From: Atractiella rhizophila
Taxonomy: Eukaryota
Direction of reading: 5' to 3'
Length of the DNA: 56,867 nt
Assembly: GCA_021432655.1 (NCBI GenBank)
Contig: MU271197.1
Location: 123,359-180,225 of the forward strand
The stretch's first letter is position 1; every line of letters begins with the position of its first letter. The position numbers and the translations under genes are program-made. Of this stretch, positions 25,101-38,060 are shown in pieces. The notes below the pieces were generated by a model, which was given only the letters and a program-made list of their open reading frames with translations, was not told the DNA's origin and searched no databases.

Positions 25101-28100
25101 AACTCAATGTTTACGAGAGAGGGTCTCCAGCAACCAGCGAACAAAGCGCTGAGAGGGAACTGGCTACGCTTCGGTACGCTTTATGTCACCACTCCCTGCG
25201 TGCCTCACCGTCCGTTTAGCTCAAGTATTTCTGACCTCACCAAGCGGTTGGAGCAAAGTCAGGCCCACATCAAGCAATATAAGCTTCTGGCTTCGAATGC
25301 AGAAGAATCGCTTCAGTCCGAACTCGCTACTTTCGACGCATTCAAGTCAGACTCGGCCGCTCAACTGGCTGATAAGGAGGTGGGCAATCTGGCGTCAGCT
25401 GATGTTTCCTGACCGCTTCCTTCCAGGCGAAACTAGCGGCTGCTGAGGATCGTTTACGTATTGTAACAGAAGAATTGGAAGCTTTGGAGCTGGCGAATGC
25501 TGACTTGAAGAAAGAGGTGGAATCTGGGCGTCAAGGCGTTCAGAAGGACAAACTTCTCCTCGACCAGGCCCTTTCCGATGCAAAGAATGCGGAAGATCGT
25601 GCGATGCTTGCACGCACAAGAGCCATGGAAGAAGCAACCCGCTTGGAGGCGCAAGTTAGGGAGTGGAGGGAGAAGTACGAGAAAGAGGCTATCGACAGAG
25701 GATCCAGCCTCAGTCGTGTTCAGGAGGTCCAAGCCAGATTAGACGAACAGATTGTCCGGGTTAAGGAGCTTGAGATCATCGAGTCAAATGCTCGCGCCAA
25801 CCTCTCGGCTGGGGAAGAGACATGGAGGGAAATGGAGCGCAGTTTGAAACAGGAGATTGCTGCAGAGCAGACAAGGTATGCCACCTACAGTATGTCCAGA
25901 TCGAATGCTGACTACGGCTGTTGTGTGACAGGGTGGAAGATCTCAGCCAACAGAACAATCTGCTTTGGAAACAGGTGGAGGAACTGAACAGTCGCATGAA
26001 CGCGGTGCTCGCTCAACGCAGTTCCGATGGTGCTGATCCTGGGACTGCGCCGGACGTTACTGGTGACGAGGAAAACACTGGTCGTCTACACGAGCTCATC
26101 CAGTACCTACGGCGCGAGAAGGATGTTCTCGTTACCAGTGCTCAATGGAAGGATGCAGAGATAGCTCGTCTCAAATCCGACACTCGGGACTTTCAGCGTC
26201 AATGTGACCAATTGCGACAGCAACTTGCAGAGGTAAATCAATCCCTGTCAATTTCGGCCCTTTCTGACGAAGTCACGTTCAGGAGCGTCAGCGTACGAGT
26301 GACCTCGCAGCTGAATCTACAAACCGACAAGAGTTGGAAGAGAAAATGGCTCAAGTTCAGCTCTTTAAGGACAGCAATGACACATTACGGCGTCAGCTTC
26401 ATGACCTCCGATCGAAGTACCAGAACGCGGAAGAGCGTGTTAAGCAGGTTACGGAGGAGTTGACGGTAATAAAGCGAGAGAAGATCAATCTGGAGGCAGA
26501 TCGTGACACGCGCCTGAGTCAGATCAAAGCAATTTCAGAAGAGAATCAAGGCCTACGAGATCGTCAAAAGCAGTTCTTGGAGAAGTACGACCGGATTGAT
26601 CCCACAGAGTTCAGACTGGCGAAAGAGAAGGTTGAATCCTTAACGCAAGAGCTACAGTCTGTACGAGAAGAAGCGAGCAAATCCCTTGAGCTAGAGAAGG
26701 CAGGCAAAGCACAGGAGATTCAGCAACTGCAAGATGCTCTTCAAGCAGAGGTTGCTGATGTAAGTGATTATCGCTACATTTCTGCGGCCGCTGAGAGTGT
26801 TTACAGAAAGCAAGAGAGATTTATGAACGAACCGAAAGGTTCAAAAACCTGCAACAGCAGACTCGTACCCTTCGGACGACCAAAGACGAGACAATCAAAG
26901 ACCTAACAGCTCAGCTGGAAGCGAAGCTATCTTCACATGTTTGTTTTACCTATGTTTCCTGAATAATGCTCACCCTGCGTAGGCATCTGAGCTAGAAGAG
27001 CTGAAACGATTGCACGACGAGCAGAAATCTCGAACGCAAGCTGATTTGGATCGTCTGGAACGTGAGAAGGAGCTTCTGGAGGATCAGTTGAAGAACGACA
27101 AGGAAAACCTGAGCGCCGATTCAGCCGAAGAAATGCAAGCTCGCCTCGCAGAAATTGCAGCACTCAAACAGCAACTTCAGGTATTTCCCTTTCCTGTTAC
27201 AACTCAGACAGTTGACAGTTTGTCCTAGAGCGCGAATGACAAAAGTTCGAACCTCAGCAGTGAGTTACAGACTTCGAAAGGAGAGATTGAACGACTGCGA
27301 ACCGAGGTCGAGTCCAAGTCTGCTGAGGTGCTACAATTACGAGTCGAAATCACAAAGAAGGCCGAAGAAATCAGTGCTCTTCAAAAGAGCGCCGCTGGTG
27401 ACAGCGTTGCCACAACGCCTGTCGTGACAGACGACTCAAAACTTCAGCAGATGCTACGGGAGGCGGAGGAACGTCATCAGGCCGCCATGCACAAAGCAGC
27501 GCGAGAGACAGAGGAGCGGCACGAATCTGCCATGAAGAAGGCCGTTCAAGAAGCTATCGATAACACGCGTCGCGAAAAGGCCGCTGCGACGTCAGCTGTA
27601 CCTGCTGTTACTTCTGCGGGCGACGAAGCGACCAAACTTCGAGCGGAGCTGGACTCTCTTCGGCGAGAGCTTGACTCTCTTCGCCAAAGCTTGAAGGAAA
27701 AGGAGGCCGAACTTCTCGCGAGTCAGCAGGCTTTGGAGGCAGAGAAAGTAATCCGAGAGAAGGAGAAGGCGGAATTGCGCAAAGAGTTCACACTCAAAGG
27801 GGGAGTTGTGAGCACCCAGCTCAAGAAGGCGAAAGAGAGGACAGCCTTGCTAGAAGAACAACTCAAGACCCTGAGAGCCAAGCCCGTTGCTGCTTCAACC
27901 ACATCCGAACCTCAACCTCCATCCTCATCGACTGTGTCCCTTACCATCGCGGGAACCGCACCAACTTCCACCCCAGCTTCCTCTTCCGATTCTGCTTCAG
28001 CCCCACCTGCGTCAGCATCTATTCCTCCAGCCCCAACTCAGGGCCTCTCCATCGCTGGAGCTGCCAAAGCCGCCGCTGCATCGAGTACATCTGACGCAAC

Positions 28101-28242
28101 CAGAGGACGAGGACGTGGGAGGGGACGTGGTTTAAATACCCTAGTGGTTGGTGCTCTAGGTAGAGGGACGGGTATCAAACGACCACGCGAAGGGGACGCG
28201 GACACAACGAATAAAAAGCCCAAGCCGAGTAATGGGGTGTAA
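22198..28242 (+). CDS. MLP1: Nuclear basket coiled-coil nucleoporin Mlp1/TPR
   Basis: Very long coiled coil; KSYTEIYSDFVKVQEDL...APTLREQR, LLTFDSIAKLQEQNMKLL, ELIQYLRREKDV, FLEKYDRIDP; low-complexity tail with RG repeats and bipartite NLS KRPRE...KKPK. Confidence 0.88.
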
Positions 28243-28512
28243 AAAGGAACGGCATGTTTACCCAACGCATCGAGCATTTGGTATATTCAATTTCGCTAGT
28301 AACTGTTATCTTTTGTGTTTTCCTTGTTTTCTGCTGCAAATGTACATTATCCTGCAATGTTACGCGCGGCGCCCGTTGGGACTAGTTATCGTATACGTTG
28401 AATTGCATTGGGAGGACATGATGATAGGTGAGAAACATACTCGCAAAGATCTAAACAACAAAGCAAAACGGATAGATCAACCGAACTGTTGCTACAACCA
28501 ATCACCTTTGTG

Positions 28513-29294
28513 CGTTAGAAATTAAGATGGACGTAGTGGGAACCACTCAGGAGAAGCGCATAGGAAGAAGAAACCCCAAAGAATCTAAACCAACATTAGA
28601 ACGACGAAATGAGCAGGATCAGCAATAACTAATCACGAAACGAAATGAAAAAAAATAATGAGTGTGACCTTGTTAGAGGTCTAGAAACTGGGATGTCTTC
28701 TCAAGCCTATAAACTTTTGACTGAACTCATTCAGCTGATCGAGGACCTTCCTACTGTCCTCCTCAGAATTGCCTCAACTTCCTTTCGTCTCTCCGCACTC
28801 CTCTGAGCCAGCGAAGGAGTGCTCGTAGCGATACTGGAAGATGCGGCATGAAAGGGTGATGAGACCCCTTCGGCGGCATTCTCTCTACCAATAGTGTTTC
28901 CTACGTTAGAAATTAAGATGGACGTAGTGGGAACCACTCAGGAGAAGTGCATAGGAAGAAGAAACCCCAAAGAATCTAAACCAACATTAGAACGACGAAA
29001 TGAGCAGGATCAGCAAATAACTAATCACGAAACGAAATGAAAAAAAATAATGAGTGTGACCTTGTTGGAGGTCTAGAAATTGGGATGTCTTCTCAAGCCT
29101 ATAAACTTTTGACTGAACTCATTCAGCTGATCGAGGACCTTCCTACTGTCCTCCTCAGAATTGCCTCGACTTCCTTTCGTCTCTCCGCACTCCTCTGAGC
29201 CAGCGAAGGAGTGCTCGTAGCGATACTGGAAGATGCGGCATGAAAGGGTGATGATACCACTTCGGCGGCATTCTCTCTATCAATAGTGTTTCCT
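28513..29294. repeat. Direct tandem duplication, 2 x ~391 bp (28513-28902; 28904-29294)
   Basis: Both units begin CGTTAGAAATTAAGATGG and end ATAGTGTTTCCT; by eye 7 substitutions and 1 indel. The unit holds the last ~57 codons plus the 3' flank of the minus-strand gene. Confidence 0.97.
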
Positions 29295-32200
29295 CTCCTT
29301 CTCCCGCTCATGAGACCGGACAGCCCTTGCCTCAAGGCGGATGCAGCACCCGCACCAGTCGACATCCTCTTCCTCGGTTCTTTCCCGACTGGTGTGACAG
29401 GTATAGCTTCTTCGTCATTCTGGAGGAACGCGAGGCTCCTCGCCGTTCCAGCTGACAACGTATGCCGACGAGAGACCATGTCCTTTTCAAAGTCTTGTTG
29501 CTCCACGACTGGCTCAAGAGCGGCGGCGGCATCGCTGACGGTACGGCTTCTGGTCATTCCAGAATGGTCCATATCACGCGTGGGAGAGCGGGTCGTGTCG
29601 GCGTTTTCGTTGATTGTCGCTGGGTCGGCAGTTTGTGGTGAGCGTAAGAGATGAGGAGGAGCCGACTGATTGACTGCGCCCCGAACCGTTGTTGCACTCG
29701 TACTCTAAAGCAAGCAGGAATCAGAATCAGCATTACCGACTTGGAAGTATGAGATAACATTACCGACGTCTTAGCTCTTCGAACGATAGGTCTGACCAAG
29801 TCCGGGTCCTCCATGCTCCCATTCCGCGAATGACTGAGTGGACTCCGAACATGGAGACTATCCGAACGTCCAAACCCGCCAGCAGGCGTAGGCGAATCGG
29901 CTGGTCCAGTGCCTAGAATGGGTGAGTATCTCTTGAGCATTCTGGCGCCGACCGAAGTAGCTCTCGAAAGGCTAGGGGACGGATCATCTCTGTCTAGGCC
30001 TTCCAATGGGTCTCTGAGTGGCGGCGCAGGCTTCGTTGAACTTGGGCGAGGATGATGACCAGTCTTGTTGGTCGAAGGGAATGTGAACACCTCTTGGGCA
30101 GGTGAAGGGGAAACAAAGGGTGTCTTCTGTGGACTGGAAGGTGTGATGCTTCGATATCCCGCACTTCCTGTACGGCTCGTAGGTCGACTGGCACTCCCCG
30201 GCGTTCCCACGAGCGTGGAATCCTTCATCAGTCTCTGTCTCTCCCTATCCGCTCTTGTGAAAGCAATGAGTCCCTCCGTTATGCTACGAACTTGATCGTC
30301 CGATATCCTCAACAGTTGATTGGTATTCTTCTCAAATGCTACAAGGCCAGAAACCGACGATCCAGTTTGGCTCTCGTCTAATTGAGCTTCGACATGAGCA
30401 TCGTTGACTGCGGCCACAAGGTTTCTCAGGCCTGCATTGAGCTTGGAGGTTGCGGTGACGATAGCCGACATTCGTTTGATGAGATCCAAGCTTTCTGGTA
30501 GCTGATCCTCCTTCCCTCCAGCAATAGTTGTGGAGAAATGGGTCTCGAAATATGACAACGAGTCGTGGAGGAGCTTATGGTGCTCCTTAACGTCGAACAC
30601 TCCACTGTTGCGACTTCTTGTGCTCTCGCTCCTGCTCAACGTCTCCCTCTCCCTCTCCCTTCCGAATCCAAATCCAATAGTATGAGCCTTCGCCTCTGTA
30701 GGACTCGACATCATCGACCTCTCTCTCCTCCGAATAGAACCCGTGCCACTGCCGATCCCATTGCCAGTACCATGAGCAAAAATGAGGTCATCGAGCTCGG
30801 GATCATTCGATGTGAGCGAACGGCGTAGCGTCCTCTCGCGATCCCGATCACGAGAAGAGACAGAGGAGTTGAGCCGAATAGGCTCTCTCAATCGCGAATC
30901 AGCGCTACCGCCACCTGAGGAGTGGCCAGAGCGAGACAGCGGTCTCTTCTCCAAGGTGCTGATGCGCTCTCGTAATTCTCGCACTGTTCACGAGAATCAG
31001 GATGCGATATTGATATTGAAGTGGGAAGGACGCACACTCGGACAACAGTTCCTCATCTGCGTTCTCTACACCACCTCTCCCCTTCCCTGATCCTTCATCA
31101 AACATGGTATACCTCTTATTCACCGATCCGGACAGCCCGCTAGACGTGGTGGGAGAATAGGAAGATTTCGTCCTCGCAGATGTACGAGGGGATCTGGGGA
31201 ACCTCCCTGCATCCACAATCAGCACAACCGTCGCTAAGTAGAAAGGGGATAAAAACTAACCATCCTCTTCTCCATACCTGCCACTTAACCTGCCACTCCC
31301 ACTCCCCACACTAGTCACACTTGTCTTCCTAGACCTCTCTATTGCCCCTGCACTCCCTCCCCCACCGCTCCCAGTGCTCCTCCCTCCGAGTAAACTAGCC
31401 GTTCGACTTCTGTATCCATCCAAACTCCCTCCTCCAGCAGAAGGAGCGCCACCAGCGCTTCTCCTCCCGCCGGAGAAACCGCCAGAAGAAACGGTAACGT
31501 CTTCGTCCTCTCCTGCTGCTCCTCTCCGGCTATACTCTCCTGTCCGCTTACTCAAGCTTGGCGGTCTTGCATGCTCCCACCTCCCTCCATTCCTTGGCGC
31601 CTCTCCTTCACCCACCAATTCATAGTCGACCTCCCTCTCCCTCTCTTTCTCCCAGCTCTCAGACGTGGCGGAGGAAGGGAAACTGACGCTTCCACCCCCA
31701 CTCTCCTCACGTTGTTGTTCCCAGAAATCCGGCAACTTAGGTCTCGCTCTAGTCGAAGGCAGAGGAGGAGGAGGGGACTTGACGGGCCTCGAAGAACCGA
31801 CGAGGTCTAGGGAGCGCCTGAAAGAATCCGAGTATCTCCGACTCTTCTTGGTATCCTCATCTCCCCTACTACTAGTCCTCGACGACGCTCTCCTATATTC
31901 CTTCTCGACAGTGGACGGACGATCCCTTTCTCTTTCTCGTGATGAATAGTGAGACATGCTGGTGAAGCTCCTCAGGGGCCCACTTGCGCTCGCCGGCACC
32001 CTCTTCAAAGGGTCGTCGTCATCGTCGAATCCTAGTGCTCTCAGGTCTCTAGTGCGCTTCAAATCTACGGACAAAGCTATCGAGTTCCTATAACCGAGCG
32101 TCTTCGATTCTCCGGTTCGAGTCCTCCTCCCCTTCTCTCCCTCTCGATCATTACTTCGAGGGGTCGCAAGTGCATCGGGGATCCGACGCATGGTCGAAGT

Positions 32201-33124
32201 GGTGGCGAGGGTGGGATTAGGATTGGAGAAGGAAGAAGAGTTGAGGGCGTCGTAGGCTCGCGGCCCGCTTTTAGGGGTATCGTCTTCATCTGACTCTATC
32301 GCTTTTCCCCCCCTCTTGGTTGGCGTGACGAGGTCGGAGGAGTGTAGGTCCACCACGCTGTTCCTTTTCCCGCTCGCAAAGTATTCCATCCCCCCTCCGG
32401 TCGATTCGCGTTCTCGAGGCTTGCGACGGATGGATCCGATCTTCTTGGGGGACGGAGAACGAGCAAGAAAACCGGCTTCGGCGGATTTTGATTTAGAGGA
32501 AGTGGTGGAGGAGGAGGAAAAATGAGAAGTAGAACTATCTGTCGAAGTACGGGAGATGGGCGGAGGGAGGTTATCGGATGATGAGGAGTTGAGGGAATCG
32601 ATTATCTGTTCGACAATCACGTTCCAATCTTCGCGTTTCAAAGAGAAAAAAGATAGACATACGCGTTGATTACGTTCTTTGATCTCTTCGCTGACCCTTC
32701 CACCTTCAGTACGTCTCAGACTCAGTCCCCTCCTCCTCCCCATCGTTTGTCCGCCACCTTCCAAATCCTTCTCCACATTCCCAAAATCCTTCTTCCTCAC
32801 GCTTCCCGTCGCGCTCTTCAATATTCCACTCCCACTGCGCTTCACGGGCGAATTAGAGGCAGGTGGAGGAGAAACGCTGGTCCGGTTGGTGCTCCCACTC
32901 TCCTTTCCACTACTCCTCGTGCTACCGCTACTTCCGCTCACTGGACTGACGACTCTTTTCCACGTGGACTTCTTTGCGCTCATAGACGGAGAATTCGCGG
33001 CCGATGCTGACGAGGAATTAGACGAATTAGATAGTTGGGAGAGGGATGACGGGTGTCGACCGTGTTTGCTGAGGGAGGTGGGGTGCTTGAGCGGCGGGGG
33101 AAGGGAGAGTGGCGAATCAGACAT
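29123..33124 (-). CDS. Large Ser/Arg/Gly-rich disordered protein with short coiled coil and helical core; candidate Mto2/Spa18-like
   Basis: Long ORFs (622, 476, 149 aa) joined by short introns; structured islands TVRELRERISTLEKR, HHKLLHDSL and LLRISDDQVRSITEGLIAF. The gene is well supported; the family call is tentative. Confidence 0.7.
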
Positions 33125-36100
33125 TTCTAGTGGGAGTAGGATTGTTGGAGTAATAGATTACTAGGGGCTGAAGGATTAGGGACAGGGAAAGGTCATAGCG
33201 AAGCGGTCGTTAATTGGAGAAGAATGAAATGCTGCGGTCTCACATACTTCCACAACAGGTAATGACCAAAGTCAAACGTCACATTAAGAATGTCAAGATT
33301 GTCCAGTAGATGTCCAGATCAGGGCTAGATGGCTGGAAATGGGCTGGAAACTTGTATTTATTATGCATGCTATTGTGGGCTGAAAGGTCTGTCCATTCCA
33401 TTGAGAAAGATGGTTGGGGAGCCTTTAGTTCAAGGCTTAAGCAGGTGATGACAATCATATGTGCCTCAGCTCCCCACAGCCTTTATTCTATACCGTGAAA
33501 TGTTCTTGGAAATCAGAGGGAGTCTCAGATAGCTAAATATTGTCCTTCATACATCTTTGTACTGAATATCTATCGCCTCAAGTCTGAAAACAATAAATAA
33601 AGCCTTACTATCTCCCAGTAGAAAATGGAATCACGCCAAGGGCATATGGCATCATAGAGAGTGGACATGCGAAACCACAATATGACTCCTTTGCTCAACC
33701 CGAGCGCAAACTGGATACATGTTCCTGAATTTGCTTACACCTCTTTCATCCTTCAACAGGACATTTCTGCTAGACCTCTTTCTTCGCTTATCCACGTTTC
33801 ACCGATCGACTGAAGACTAATCTGTTCTTCATCCGTTTATCTCTTTCAAGTTCAAAGATATCGCCGACCCTCTGGTGTGAATTGGGTATCTGTGTGAACC
33901 GGTGCAATTTCAACTTGAGGAGTGCATCCAGGAGATGTTTCACAATTGAGGATGATGACATTTATATCTATGTGACGATCCTAATGAGATAAATTATCTC
34001 TGGTCTCGTCCTTTCCTTCAAAGTGCCAAAACTATCGAATCTACTCCGCGTACACCTGACAGTTGACAGGGTTTATTTCAACATCATGACGGACCCGTTT
34101 GGAAGCAAATCATGGAACCCACCAAGGGCTTCGAAACCAACCCAATTGAGACACCTCAGAGCTGTTACCCGCTGCTGATTCGTGATTTCGATAGATTCGA
34201 TGCCCTTTCCCGTACCCGCAGCTTGAACACCCCACACGAGGGGCTATCACTTAGTACAATCATTTCCACCTCTATCATTCGAAGCTTCTCGTTTTCAAGC
34301 ACATCTCGAAGTGCATTTACTCATTTAGGCGACCGCCCCACTTCCCCAGCCTTCTTGGATCTTGAGTGTCCACTGCGTAGGGGGTCCGTTTGGCCGATGG
34401 CTCATTTTGAGACTTGAACTCACGAGATCGCGATTGCTGACGAGCACAAAATTTGGAACCCTCAGGAATCACTGGTTCACGAGTTTCGAAATCGCGAAAT
34501 CGTAAGTGTTTCTTGATCTGGGCAAACGAGCTCTTACAGTCTGAAAACTTTCTACATTCCCCTGTACGTTGAATGGGCAGATCTCTTGGTTCCCCTAAAG
34601 CCTCATTTGCCGATTTGAGGGGTGGATGCGGGTTAATGATTAAATAATCCAAATCCTTCGTCGGATGACGCTCTAGTTAGTTCTCCACCTCACGATTTCC
34701 AAGGTGATCTTCTGAGGACATCGTAGCAGTGTCTAGGTCAGGAGCAAATACATTCCACTTAGAGCTCGCGGTTTAGCAAGTTGTATTTCTGCTGGATTTC
34801 ATTCCGGAATCCTATTACTGCAACCCAAGTGTTCTAGATATCTGTTCAAACGGGAGATGGGGCCATCATACGTAACTCGGATGTAGCACGCGTCTCTTTG
34901 ATCCCCTTTGCAAGCCCATTGAAAAAAATCCTATGGTCTAGATTTACTAACCGTTCTCGTTCTCTTCCCTCCGTTTTGGGGCGTTCTGTTCAAAGATCAC
35001 TAGAACTGAAAGGAATTTCATAGGAGGAGGCAGAATTGCTGCCGACTCCTTTCAGAACCTCTTCAGACTGGAACACGCAGCTTCTGTCGCGGTTGGAGGC
35101 ACGGAGGGCATGGGATGGATGGATGACTGCGAGATGCTATTCATTCATCACTCCTCCTCCACGAAGCTAAATTTGAATCTTTTTCGCTCAAAACAGATTG
35201 CGGATGTTCTGACGAAACACCGAATCTTGTCAAATTTGGCAAGTTGCTGGACTGGATGGAAGACGGGACAATTTTTGAATACACCCGAATTGAACGCAGG
35301 CTCTCCTTGCTGCTCCTTTTCCATGAAGTGCAGAAGTCACAGCTTTATTTCGGGAACCGTGGATGAGACGGGAGTGTCCAGTCTGCGGCCTCGCGCTTAT
35401 GTCGTCCGCTTCGACGGTTTGAATGAAGGCACGAAGCGGACATCCCTAACTGATTCTCCAAGACAACTCTGTCTTACGTGATGGACTGTTATCCTCCTGT
35501 GGCGACTGCTCTTCCCGAAGATAACGGCAGCGACGAAGTAGCGAAGCCACACGAATGGTATAGAGAACTCATCGAAACGTAACCATACCCTGATATTTGT
35601 CGCTTAGGTCTGGGGTTGTCTTTGTATAGAGTTGAGTTATGTTATAACCTGGCATCATGACGAAACGTTTTCTGAATCGTTCAAGCGCCGCAGGCGCGGC
35701 TTGTGAAAATATTCGTCTTCACACATGCTATGCGTTTTTTATTTACATGTTCATTCATGAGAAACGGCAAAGACTTTTGGCGTCCCTCAAGGACAGCATC
35801 GTGATAGACTTGCTGCATGGAACTGACCCAGAAAGTGCTAGTACTACGCCACTTTGGAGTGAGGCTGCACGCTTTTGGCTGATTTGGACTAGAAACCTCA
35901 TGAATTGGAAAGAGTTCTTGTAAAGATATTTAGAGCTGCTGTGATGTGCATTCACGTCGACCTCACATGCCCAGAGCGACTCCCGGGAGCATCATGATAT
36001 CCCTGGTGGTATTCTAACGACAAAGTAGGGTGGAGTTCGGTCCACATCGCCCTCCTGAGATCCGCCCTGGATTTGCGCCCACCACCTGGTTGCACCTCGC

Positions 36101-36576
36101 ATTGCGTGGCTATCGGAATATCCGACGGAGCAGTTGATAGTTGGGTTCCTTTCGGCTCTCCAAACCACAGAAGGCGGGAGACTTTCAAGAGTTCGTCGCA
36201 GCATGTTCAGTCACTTTCATTGCAGTTTCAAGGCTTTTGAAAATCGACTCTTCTTCGGCTTACAGGGACAGTGGTAAGTTGGTCTCTAATCTCGGAACAA
36301 AACAAAGTTAGCATTGTTGTTCAGAACCCAATCGGTGGACGCGCACCAACTTTGTGGCACGCTCTGCCCAGCTCAGCGTGGCGGACTAAAATGCTCCTTC
36401 GAAACGCCTCTCATGCTAGCCATTCAGTCGTATGGGTCGGAGGATTTCGAGGCGGTCGATCTATCCGTGTCTCCTCAAAAAGCCAGCCTTGAGGTCAACT
36501 CCGCCTTAAAATCACACTCTATCACGAAGTTGTTCCCCTTGGTAGATTGTTTCGTGTTTCGCTCTTCGCTGTCATC

Positions 36577-38060
36577 ATGGCTTCACCAGCACCTATTGAC
36601 GCAGAAGGAGTCCTAGGGTGCGTCCCCTTCTTCGATCGCGTGAACTTGACTAAAAACAATGACATAGTCCATGGCTTATCGGTGCCTTAGTGTCGAGTGG
36701 TCTCGCTGCTTTGGTGATTTCAGAGACATTTTCATATTTTATCACTTATCGAAAGGTGTGTTCTATATCCCATGCTAGTTGCTGTATCTGACCCAAGTGC
36801 TCCCTTTAGGATCGTCTCATTTACAAACTGCTGGTAGCCTTCCTCTTTGCAGGCTCAATGGCGTCTGTGGCGATCAACATAGCTGAAGCTTGGTACTATC
36901 TGATCACCACAAGGAACGATAATACAAGGGTTGGCATTCCTCCAGAATATCAGCGGGCAATTGTTAGTATCTACTTCAACCCCCAGCGTTGAAGCTGAAA
37001 CAACTTAGGTGTTTTTCCCCGTCTGGAGCATTTTCTGGTCGCAGTGCTACTTTGCTCATCGGTATGCTCACAGCTTTAGAAGAATTTCCACGTTATTGAT
37101 TTGTGTGACAGTTGCTGGCTGTTTCTCCAAAAGAATATCTACGTTGGGGCATTTTTGGCGATTCTCATCCTCACCTGCCTTGGCAGTGGTTTGGCCGACT
37201 TCATTATCTTCCAAGATCTCTTCGTTGGGATCGGGGCGTTCCTCAGTCAGTCTATTGTCGATCGTGTCCAGGTTGCCCTCCAGCTCAGTCTCTGGTCTGT
37301 CGTGCGTAATCTATTATGTGACTGGTTGTCAAGTTCCTGATCCGTCCCCTTTAGGCTGTTTCTGACCTCGTCATTTCGTAAGCCCGTCGTTCTGACGTTG
37401 AGGACATATTCATGATGGTCGTCACAGCGGTATCCTGGCGTTCAAGCTCAGGGAGGCAAAGCAAAACTTCAACGACAGGTGAGATCCAGTTCTAACCCAC
37501 ATTCAGAAACTTATCGACCGGGATACAGGACGGACTCTTTGCTTCGACAGCTCATTCATCTGGCCATGACGAGCGCTGCTTTCACTGCTAGCATATCCAT
37601 TGCAGACGCCGTAGTCTTTGCCATTACCTCTCTCTCTTCGAACGCCCATCTGGGTAAGCTTTCTGCCCACTTTGAACATGATAGAGTTCTGATACACATT
37701 CGCAGCGCTCTATGTTCTCCACCCTTCCACATACGCTCTCACCACAATCTTTACTCTCAATGCACGAGAGCGCCTCAAGGACGAGTTGAACAATTCCCGC
37801 ACTCCAGTCTCCGGTTCGAGAAACATCACGGAAGCAACAACGCCCAAAGCTAGTAGCTATAAGCTCAACAATCTGGCACAGCGTTCGGCCCAGGGAATCA
37901 CCGTTCATGTCGCTACACAGAGCTTTAGGGACGATTTGGAGAAGAATCCTATTGAGAAGGATCCAAGAGCTATGGAGGTGCGCTAATTTATTCTCTTGCA
38001 CTGCAGAACGGGACTCAAGTTGAATATAAGATGGATTCTGATCATCGATTCGCTATTTAA
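36577..38060 (+). CDS. DUF6534-like multi-pass membrane protein
   Basis: Spliced: MASPAPIDAEGVLG|PWLIGALVSSGL...YFITYRK|DRLIYKLLVAFL...SQCYFAHR|CWLF...AVSDLVIS|GILAFKLR...TDSLLRQLIHLAMTSAAFT...TYALTTIFTLNARERL...HRFAI*. Confidence 0.82.
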
